NCBI GenBank assembly: GCA_964581875.1
Contig: CAZOPP010000003.1
Coordinates: forward strand, 1-26,104
Source: an uncultured Candidatus Saccharibacteria bacterium
GTDB lineage: Bacteria; Patescibacteriota; Minisyncoccia; Phycocordibacterales; CSBR16-119
Length of the DNA: 26,104 nucleotides
Reading direction: 5' to 3'
Each line of letters starts with the position of its first letter. The first letter of the stretch is position 1. The notes beneath the pieces were generated by a model that saw only the letters and a program-made list of their open reading frames with translations, ran no database searches and was not told where the DNA came from. Shown in pieces: positions 16,483 to 23,329 of this stretch. A program made the position numbers and the translations under genes.

Positions 16483-17046
16483 TTGGATACAAGAATAAAC
16501 AATCAAATACGAGCGAACGAAGTACGGCTTTTAGACGGAGTTTCTGGGGAGAACCTCGGGGTCGTTAAAACTAGAGACGCTATAACCATGGCCCAAGAAA
16601 GGGGCCTTGATTTGATTGAAGTTTCTGACAAAACAAATCCACCTATTGCAAAAATAATGGATTATGGTAAATTTCAGTACGAACAAAAGAAGCGCGCAAA
16701 GCAGATAAAATCAAAGGCTCACACCACAGAAACCAAGTCTTTACAGATAAAAATTGGTACTGGTGAAGGAGATCTTGAAATGAAAGCTAAAAGAGCTTCA
16801 GAATGGCTAAAAGAAGGTCATAGAATAAAAATAGAGTTATATCTTGTGGGAAGAACTAAGTTTACAGACAGTAAATTCAAACAAGAAAGACTCGAGCGAG
16901 TACTTAAATTTATAACTGAAGGCTTTAAAGTCTCAGAACCGTTAAAACAAAGTCCTCGAGGCGTGATGATAACCATTGAAAGAGACAATAGTAAAAAGGC
17001 AAAAACTGAAAACAGTGAGCCTACAAAAAATCATGAAAACAAATAA
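16483..17046 (+). CDS. infC: Translation initiation factor IF-3 (non-AUG start)
   Basis: RINNQIRANEVRL, GLDLIEVS, PPIAKIMDYGKFQYE; no in-frame ATG, so the start is TTG 16483 or ATC/ATA at 16462/16465. Confidence 0.95.
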   Translation: MDTRINNQIRANEVRLLDGVSGENLGVVKTRDAITMAQERGLDLIEVSDKTNPPIAKIMDYGKFQYEQKKRAKQIKSKAHTTETKSLQIKIGTGEGDLEMKAKRASEWLKEGHRIKIELYLVGRTKFTDSKFKQERLERVLKFITEGFKVSEPLKQSPRGVMITIERDNSKKAKTENSEPTKNHENK

Positions 17047-17254
17047 ATCACTAGCAAAAAGAATAAAAATAACAAAAAGTGGAAAGTTGAAAGCTCGAAA
17101 GCCTGGCTTTAACCACTTTAACTCAAGACAAGCACGAACACATCAACTTGAAGGTCGTGTTCCACTTGATATGGTTATGACCGCAAAAGACAAGGCAAGA
17201 TTCTTCCCTCACAATAATTTAAGAGTAAGAAAGCCAAAGACTGAATCAAAATAA
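17033..17254 (+). CDS. rpmI: 50S ribosomal protein L35
   Basis: MKTNKSLAKRIKITKSGK...NHF; sits between infC and rplT; ATG at 17033; short basic C-terminal extension. Confidence 0.9.
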   Translation: MKTNKSLAKRIKITKSGKLKARKPGFNHFNSRQARTHQLEGRVPLDMVMTAKDKARFFPHNNLRVRKPKTESK

Positions 17255-17273
17255 TTTTAAGTAAATCAATATT

Positions 17274-17618
17274 ATGACAAGAGTTAAAAGAGGAACAATA
17301 AAAAATAAGAGAAGAAAAAATGTCCTTGCACAAGTTAAAGGATACAGATTTGGACGAAGCAAGAAAGAAGCAATGGCAACAGAAGCTATTGCTCACGCTG
17401 GAATGCATGCCTTTGATCACCGAAGAAACAAAAAAGCTGACAGAAGAAGACTATGGCAAACAAGAATAAATGCATCTGTTAGAGCTCTAGGAATGACTTA
17501 CTCAAGATTTATTGAAGGATTGAAAAAGAAAAATATTGAAGTAGATCGAAAAATTCTTGCTGATATTGCAATGAAAAACCCAGAAAGTTTCAATAGAATA
17601 GTTGACCAAGTTAAATAA
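17274..17618 (+). CDS. rplT: 50S ribosomal protein L20
   Basis: MTRVKRG, KGYRFGRS, RRLWQTRINA, YSRFIEGLKK, DRKILADIA. Confidence 0.98.
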   Translation: MTRVKRGTIKNKRRKNVLAQVKGYRFGRSKKEAMATEAIAHAGMHAFDHRRNKKADRRRLWQTRINASVRALGMTYSRFIEGLKKKNIEVDRKILADIAMKNPESFNRIVDQVK

Positions 17619-17619
17619 T

Positions 17620-17662
17620 TAATTCAAAAGGGCCGGCGCGAAGCGCCGGCCCTTTTGAATTA
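17620..17662. terminator. Perfect 20-bp inverted repeat / bidirectional terminator
   Basis: TAATTCAAAAGGGCCGGCGC-GAA-GCGCCGGCCCTTTTGAATTA between convergent genes. Confidence 0.85.
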
Positions 17663-17666
17663 CACC

Positions 17667-18749
17667 TTACTCACAATATATTGGTGACCCATCTTTGTTG
17701 TATCCGATTATCGTACCTTTTGCACAATCATTTCCATTAGCACCACCTTCACCCTTACAGTATATTGGATTACCATTTGAATCATAACCAATTACTGTCC
17801 CCTCTGCGCAATCATTCTCAGAAACTTCATCTCCGCAGAATATAGGATTTCCATTTGCGTCATAGCCGATAATAGTTCCTTCAGCACAATCGTTTGGTCC
17901 GAGATTATCACCGCAATATATTGGATTACCATTTGCATCATACCCAATTATTGTCCCCTCCGCACAATCCGAATTTTGCCCGCCAACAAACCTTGCATAA
18001 CTTGTTGTATATTTTTCCACTTCAGAACTTGTTAGAGAATATGTTTTTACATCAGAACTAGAAAGATTGTTGTCGCTATAACTTTGAGTTAAAAACCATC
18101 GAATATTTTTCAAAGATAATCTTGTATTATGAAGCGAACTTTGCCCACTTGCGTTTGCGTATGAATAGACAATAAATTCTCTTTCACTATTTGCAGGAAT
18201 ATTTGTTACTTTCATTGCGCCGTCACCTGTTGGAGAAATCCCATTTTGGTTCGCCATTGGAACTTCAAAATTAGACTGACTTAGTCCATAAATGTCAGAT
18301 ATTGGCGACGGGTTTGGTCCAACAAAAGAATAGTTTGAAGCGACTGTTTGATTTGAAATATTAGGAAAATCTTCCAATCTCACATTTTGAAATGCATTTT
18401 GGTATGTTCCATTTGAGTGATAACTTTCACTGATTATAGAAATACTTTGATTACAAGTGTTTCGAATCTTTAGACCAATAACAAACATATGAGAAGATGT
18501 TCCATCAAAATTTTCTGTAAAGTTCGCTGGGTCGATAAAAGTTGTGTGATTATTTGAAGCAGGAAGAATTTTTATACAACTTCTCTGACTTAATAAAACC
18601 TGAGCACTTTGGTTTTTTGAACTCACAGCTACATTGTTTTGTGCGCCACCAGAAAGCTTAATGATTGCTTGAGTATTTATAAACGACACAACCGCAATAA
18701 GTGCAATAACTCCGTTCATAACTCTTTTTTTAGTAAAGTATTTCTTCAT
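17667..18749 (-). CDS. Secreted or membrane-anchored protein with four C-terminal Cys-bounded repeats
   Basis: Basic N-terminus plus hydrophobic helix; S/N/T-rich beta-like body; repeats DCAEGTIIGYDANGNPIYC. Confidence 0.8.
   Translation of the reverse strand: MKKYFTKKRVMNGVIALIAVVSFINTQAIIKLSGGAQNNVAVSSKNQSAQVLLSQRSCIKILPASNNHTTFIDPANFTENFDGTSSHMFVIGLKIRNTCNQSISIISESYHSNGTYQNAFQNVRLEDFPNISNQTVASNYSFVGPNPSPISDIYGLSQSNFEVPMANQNGISPTGDGAMKVTNIPANSEREFIVYSYANASGQSSLHNTRLSLKNIRWFLTQSYSDNNLSSSDVKTYSLTSSEVEKYTTSYARFVGGQNSDCAEGTIIGYDANGNPIYCGDNLGPNDCAEGTIIGYDANGNPIFCGDEVSENDCAEGTVIGYDSNGNPIYCKGEGGANGNDCAKGTIIGYNKDGSPIYCE
17673..17969 (-). repeat. Four tandem coding repeats, C-x16-C
   Basis: CAEGTIIGYDANGNPIYC, CAEGTIIGYDANGNPIFC, CAEGTVIGYDSNGNPIYC, CAKGTIIGYNKDGSPIYC. 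Confidence 0.9.
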
Positions 18750-18766
18750 TTTAAATTTAATAATAA

Positions 18767-19315
18767 TTAATAATTTTTTAATATTTCAAGTAATTTTTCT
18801 ACAAGCTTTTTAGGATCAGAGTCAAAAACTATTGGTTTGTCTGTTCTTGTTTTCTTACCAACTATCGCTCTAATAATCTCATCCGTATCCCAAGCGCCTT
18901 CTAACACTCCGATTGGTTTTCCCTCTTCGTAAGCCATTGTAAACTCATGTATAGTCCCTACGCGCCCACAACCAACTATCACTGCGTCTGAGGACTTTGT
19001 CATAAGTAAATCGCTCCCAGTATATCCAAAGCCTGTATAGACTATTATATCGTGAACATGATCTGGCAATCTGTATAGGTCGTTGTGTTCAGACTTACTT
19101 CCAGCTGGAGAAAACATTAAAGTCTGACCACCTGCTTCTTTTGCTCCACTTGCTGCCCAAAGAGGAAAACCACTACCAGCTCCGGTAATCAAAACAGAAC
19201 CAGACTTGGCAACGTATTTCCCAATCTCTTTTGCCTTGTCGAGCGCATCCAATCCACAAGCGTTAGTTTCAACCGCGCCAGCAATGCAAATTTTAAATTT
19301 CTTTGATTCTTTCAC
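18767..19315 (-). CDS. SLOG/LOG superfamily protein (TIGR00725-like)
   Basis: LITGAGSG, GAKEAGG, YTGFG, SSDAVIVGCGRVGTIHE, GKPIGVL. Confidence 0.8.
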   Translation of the reverse strand: MKESKKFKICIAGAVETNACGLDALDKAKEIGKYVAKSGSVLITGAGSGFPLWAASGAKEAGGQTLMFSPAGSKSEHNDLYRLPDHVHDIIVYTGFGYTGSDLLMTKSSDAVIVGCGRVGTIHEFTMAYEEGKPIGVLEGAWDTDEIIRAIVGKKTRTDKPIVFDSDPKKLVEKLLEILKNY

Positions 19316-19327
19316 AACTTTATTATA

Positions 19328-20698
19328 CTAAAAATCAAGCGACACTTCTTCATCTTTTGTTGGAACAAGTGTAAAAACCCCTAGATTATCTTTCAGTCTT
19401 TGAGCAAAAAACATTGCCACACTTGGCTCACCCATTGCCACAAAAACCTTTTTCAAATTTTTTATATGAGAAACAAAATCAAGAAGACCGTCAGAATCTT
19501 TGTGCCCCGAATACCCTTTTATAATCTCAATGCGTGCTTTTATCGAAACAGCTTCATCAAAAATTAAAATTTGCTTCACGCCATCTGCGATTAGCCTGCC
19601 CGGAGTTCCTGGGGTTTGAAAACCTGTTATCAAAAGTGTCGTGTTTGGATCGCTTAGATAATTTTTCTCGTGATGCATGACTCGCCCACCAGCTGACATT
19701 CCAGATCCAGCCATAATAATTTTTGGATTTTTCGAATTTAAAATAGCTTTTGAGTCTTTTGTTCTTTCTGTTTCTTTCAAACCTTTGAATTTAAAAATAT
19801 CGTCACCCGATGAAATATCTTGCCTAACAGATTCTTTGAATAAATTTTTGTGTTTATAGAAAACATCTGTAACTTTTATCGCAAGCGGCGAATCAACAAA
19901 CACCGGCATATTTGGAACTTCACCAGATTCAACCATCTCATTTATTTCATATAAAAATTCCTGAGTTCTTTCTAAAGAAAAAATCGGCACAACCAAAACC
20001 CCAGATCTTTTGTGATTTTCTAAAATTATTTTCTTCAAATTTTCTCTTCTCTCTTTCCTTTCTTCGTGATTTCTGTTTCCGTAAACACTTTCCATAACAA
20101 TATAGTCAGCACTGTCGATGTATTCTGTATCTGCCAAAAGTGGTGACGGCGAATTTCCTAAGTCTCCCGTAAAAACTATCTTCTTGCCGTTTTTTGTCAT
20201 TTCGATCATCGCTGAACCCAAAATATGCCCAGCATCTTTGAAAAATATTTCAATACCAGCACCGATATCTTTTTTAGTGTGGTAGTCCAGCGTTTCCCAC
20301 AAACTAAAAGCATGGTGAACTATTTTTTCTGAATATATTTTGTCTAAATCAAATTGTTTCCCGGATTCTGAATTAGAAAGAATATTTGAAGTATCTTCGA
20401 GCATTACTCTCGACAAATCTTTTGTCGCCGGCGTACTTATTATCTTTCCTTTAAAGCCGTCGTAGATTAGCTTTGGAATTCGTCCAATATGATCTGTGTG
20501 GGCGTGTGTTACGAACAAGTAGTCGATTTCGCTTGGGTTATATGGAAAAGGTTCCCAATTGCCGACTTCTGCCATTTTGGTTCCTTGTTCAAGTCCACAA
20601 TCAACCAATATTTTTACCTCTTCGTTATACAAAAGAAAATTAGCGCCAGTTACGCTTCCTGCACCTCCACAAAATTTTAATTTCAATTTTGAAGACAT
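19328..20698 (-). CDS. MBL-fold beta-CASP RNA-metabolising hydrolase
   Basis: GGAGSVTGA, DCG, THAHTDHIGR, AGHILGS, FTGDLG, MESVYG, AGSGMSAGGR, YSGHKD. Confidence 0.92.
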   Translation of the reverse strand: MSSKLKLKFCGGAGSVTGANFLLYNEEVKILVDCGLEQGTKMAEVGNWEPFPYNPSEIDYLFVTHAHTDHIGRIPKLIYDGFKGKIISTPATKDLSRVMLEDTSNILSNSESGKQFDLDKIYSEKIVHHAFSLWETLDYHTKKDIGAGIEIFFKDAGHILGSAMIEMTKNGKKIVFTGDLGNSPSPLLADTEYIDSADYIVMESVYGNRNHEERKERRENLKKIILENHKRSGVLVVPIFSLERTQEFLYEINEMVESGEVPNMPVFVDSPLAIKVTDVFYKHKNLFKESVRQDISSGDDIFKFKGLKETERTKDSKAILNSKNPKIIMAGSGMSAGGRVMHHEKNYLSDPNTTLLITGFQTPGTPGRLIADGVKQILIFDEAVSIKARIEIIKGYSGHKDSDGLLDFVSHIKNLKKVFVAMGEPSVAMFFAQRLKDNLGVFTLVPTKDEEVSLDF

Positions 20699-20700
20699 AA

Positions 20701-21135
20701 TTAAATAGTGATAGTGTCTTTACTTCTTTCTTTTTTATATTTTCTCAAAAGATACATAAATCCAACAATTCCGCCGAGAGCACCAAAAGCCAAATCACTA
20801 AAAGAGTCTGGAATATCAGCCAAAATTTTAACGTCGAAAAGTCCTTGAACGGTAAACTCCATTATTTCCCATAAAAGAGCTATAACAACAACCAAAAGAA
20901 GTATGACCCTGAAAGCTTTTCCTGTATTTCCTTCTTCAATCCAAAGTACGCACTTTTTGTATATAAACCAAAAAGAAAAAAGAGAAGCCGTGAATCCGCC
21001 GAGAAAATGCATTAGCATATCAAATTCTTTTATACTTGAATACCAAAAGAAAAAGTTTGCCAAGCTGTTCATTATAAAAACGAAAAATAACCAAAGTGAA
21101 AATGATTTAAAAAATTTTTGTCTTCTATGTATCAT
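20701..21135 (-). CDS. Small integral membrane protein with H/E/D motif (VanZ/DUF2238-like)
   Basis: Four TM segments with FDMLMHFLGG, LLWEIMEF and DSFSDLAFGALG; ATG 21135 lies 5 nt after TATACT. Confidence 0.65.
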   Translation of the reverse strand: MIHRRQKFFKSFSLWLFFVFIMNSLANFFFWYSSIKEFDMLMHFLGGFTASLFSFWFIYKKCVLWIEEGNTGKAFRVILLLVVVIALLWEIMEFTVQGLFDVKILADIPDSFSDLAFGALGGIVGFMYLLRKYKKERSKDTITI

Positions 21136-21164
21136 GACAAAGTATATTTTACTAAATAAAAATG

Positions 21165-21290
21165 AAAAAACCCATCCCAACAAGTGGAATGGATGCTTTT
21201 TACGGCTATCAAGATGTATTATCCTAGCTTTTACGCTTAGGTGGGTGCGAAGTGAAGTATTCCACGGAATATTTCAACATACTGCTCCCC
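21165..21290 (-). ncRNA. Candidate small RNA or 18-aa peptide transcript with its own terminator
   Basis: Two hairpins, then CCATTCCA-CTTGT-TGGGATGG-GTTTTTT; mini-ORF 21280-21224. Confidence 0.3.
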
Positions 21291-21418
21291 TATAATACTT
21301 GTCTAGATAATAATCTTAAATAACCGTACTTTTATTTTATATTGCACAGAAATAAAAAACAATATTTACAAGAATAAAAAATTTCACTTTTTTAAATATC
21401 CACATTGACAGCGAAAAT

Positions 21419-21463
21419 ATAAAAACAAAAGTGGGCGCCTCCGGCGCCCACTTTTGTTTTTAT
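21419..21463. terminator. Perfect 21-bp inverted repeat after ndk
   Basis: ATAAAAACAAAAGTGGGCGCC-TCC-GGCGCCCACTTTTGTTTTTAT. Confidence 0.8.
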
Positions 21464-22059
21464 TCAAAAATTCCGTCTAGATTTATATCGTGCAGAACTT
21501 TTTCGTTTATGTGAGTGTAGTTCATTATTTCTTCTGGTTTGAACCAAATATTTATTTCTTTTTCTGCTTCTTCAATTTTGTCTGTGCAGTGAATCAAGTT
21601 TCTAACAGAACGAGAATCAAGATTTGCAAGTTGATATGAGTCTGTTGTTAGATCTCCTCGTATCGTTCCGACGTCAGAAGTTAGAGGTTCTGTTCCGCCA
21701 ACAAGCTTTTTCACAACACCGACAGCTTGTGAACCTTCGACAACCATCGCCACAATTGGTCCGCATGTCATAAAAGCGACCAAGGCTCGGATAATATCTC
21801 TTCCGTATTCGATAGCTTCTTTTTCTACCGGACGACCAGCTGCTTTTAAGTTTTCTACTGTCTTTGTTCCTTTTTCAAGACACCAAGCGTCGTCTTTTCC
21901 ATAGTGTTCTAGAACTGACTTTTCGTCAGCTTTGAACATTTTCATGGCAGAGATTTTAAGCCCTGTTCGTTCTATTCTTTTGATAATTTCACCAATAAGA
22001 GATCTTTGAACCCCATCGTGTTTGATTATGATGAAAGTTCTTTCTTGCTTTCCGTCCAT
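21460..22059 (-). CDS. ndk: Nucleoside-diphosphate kinase (long form)
   Basis: ERTFIIIKHDGVQR, GEIIKRIE, GPIVAMVVEG, GTIRGD, RNLIHCTD (catalytic His). Confidence 0.92.
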   Translation of the reverse strand: MDGKQERTFIIIKHDGVQRSLIGEIIKRIERTGLKISAMKMFKADEKSVLEHYGKDDAWCLEKGTKTVENLKAAGRPVEKEAIEYGRDIIRALVAFMTCGPIVAMVVEGSQAVGVVKKLVGGTEPLTSDVGTIRGDLTTDSYQLANLDSRSVRNLIHCTDKIEEAEKEINIWFKPEEIMNYTHINEKVLHDINLDGIFE

Positions 22060-22095
22060 ATATTTTTAAATTAGTTTTAACCTGTTAATAGAGTG

Positions 22096-22124
22096 ATATT
22101 AGCATTTTAAAGGCTTTGAATCAA
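22096..22124 (-). promoter_or_regulatory. Promoter of ndk
   Basis: TTGATT-N17-TAATAT with extended TG. Confidence 0.65.
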
Positions 22125-22132
22125 ATGTAAAT

Positions 22133-22165
22133 AAAAAGAACCCCGCACATTGCTGTGCGGGGTTC
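22133..22165 (-). terminator. Intrinsic terminator of the 223-aa gene
   Basis: GAACCCCGCACA-GCAA-TGTGCGGGGTTC plus TTTTT on the minus strand (GNRA loop). Confidence 0.8.
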
Positions 22166-22200
22166 GAAAGGATCGTTTCGCTATCCTTCTTGGCGTTCCG

Positions 22201-22872
22201 CTAGTCTTCCAGACGAGCAAGATAGACGTTAGCCCCCCATTGCTGACTTAACGTGCCACGGCTGAAGTGCCACTTACCAGCCCTCTTATACAAGAAGACC
22301 CGCTGATCTTCCGCATCCCTTCGGAAGAATTTAGTTCCCAGGAAGTAGATGTAGATGACCTTACCATCGGCATCAGCGCCCCAGTCTTCAGGAATGAAGT
22401 CCTCGTTCTTCTTCAAGAAGTTGTGTAGTGTGGCATTCAACACAACCCCCTTAGGAAGTTCATCGCGCACCTCCCATCCCCAAATTGGATCTCCACCATC
22501 CGTTTGTTTGGGAGACTGATACAGAATGACCTTCTTCCCGTTGACATACAGATCGTTCGGAGATCTCTTCTGGACATCCACGTTCCCGAAGCCAAAGTGC
22601 TCGGGGATGCCGAACTCTTCTGGCCAGGTGGGTTTTGCATCCAGGTCAACTCGTGCAGAGATACCACGGAAAAGCACGATTGGCTCGTCTTCTCTTACAC
22701 GCACGATTTCGTGCGTCCCGTGAACCAGTCCCACCAGATCTTCCTTGCGGAGTTGGTGGAAGCGGTCGAGAAGGGGTTTAAAGTGCTTGAACCAGCCGAG
22801 CCACTTCTTGAGTAGCTCGAGAGAAGACGCAGGGTTCTCACCCAACGCCTCAACGACTTCTTTGTAAGCCAT
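22201..22872 (-). CDS. Hypothetical protein, 223 aa, elevated GC
   Basis: Long ORF with its own promoter and terminator; the LNA..L....FIPEDW...IYFLGT pattern resembles a Parcubacteria-expanded uncharacterised family (from memory, unverified). Confidence 0.75.
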   Translation of the reverse strand: MAYKEVVEALGENPASSLELLKKWLGWFKHFKPLLDRFHQLRKEDLVGLVHGTHEIVRVREDEPIVLFRGISARVDLDAKPTWPEEFGIPEHFGFGNVDVQKRSPNDLYVNGKKVILYQSPKQTDGGDPIWGWEVRDELPKGVVLNATLHNFLKKNEDFIPEDWGADADGKVIYIYFLGTKFFRRDAEDQRVFLYKRAGKWHFSRGTLSQQWGANVYLARLED

Positions 22873-22901
22873 TGTTTGTGAATTTAGTTACACTGGGCAG
22901 G

Positions 22902-22974
22902 ATTGCCACAGCTTTTGATTTTCGGGCCGGCGAGCAAAGCGAGCCGGCTATTAAACGCCAAAAGCTATGGCAAT
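22902..22974 (-). promoter_or_regulatory. Structured 5' leader of the 223-aa gene
   Basis: 15-bp stem ATTGCCATAGCTTTT/AAAAGCTGTGGCAAT (one G:U on the minus strand) enclosing a GCCGGC/GCCGGC hairpin. Confidence 0.55.
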
Positions 22975-23015
22975 TTACCTAAATACTTGAATTAAATGAA
23001 CTTTTTACTTGCTTA

Positions 23016-23044
23016 ATATTACACAAATATTACCTTATTGTCAA
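23016..23044 (-). promoter_or_regulatory. sigma70 promoter of the 223-aa gene
   Basis: TTGACA-N17-TAATAT. Confidence 0.7.
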
Positions 23045-23080
23045 GATATAATTTACCACTCAAAATAAACGAAGGTTCCC

Positions 23081-23235
23081 GACCCTACACGAGAACACCG
23101 TTAAGAAACTAAGGTAATTTGTCTTAAAAACTAGTATGTTTGAGTAAAAATAAGAATGTCTATACATTCTTATTTTTACGAGTTTACTAGTTTTTTGACT
23201 TAAATTATCTTAGTTTTAGGTGTGAAGTGTGGGTC
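23081..23235 (+). other. Long rod-like imperfect inverted repeat (candidate ncRNA or DNA element)
   Basis: Nested stems of 16, 11, 3, 15, 5 and 9 bp around the loop CTAT at 23160-23163. Confidence 0.7.
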
Positions 23236-23329
23236 TAGAGTTTTTGTTACTTTTTTATCATGAAAAAAGTAAGAGAATATTTTAAGGAAAAAGAAAGAGG
23301 AAATCAAAAAATCCCCGAAGGGATTTTTA

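Noticed and set aside
12530-17294. AGA/AGG reassignment to Ser driven by tRNA(ACU)
   Set aside because: AGA encodes invariant Arg in L20 (MTRVKRG) and in FtsH (RPGRFD), so the code looks standard.
21165-21290. TPP or ZTP riboswitch (GGATAATAC and GGGGAGC fragments)
   Set aside because: The other required motifs (CUGAGA; GACUGGCG and CGCCUGGG) are absent.
21396-21404. DnaA box / oriC (ATATCCACA)
   Set aside because: A single one-mismatch box, with no cluster and no dnaA nearby.
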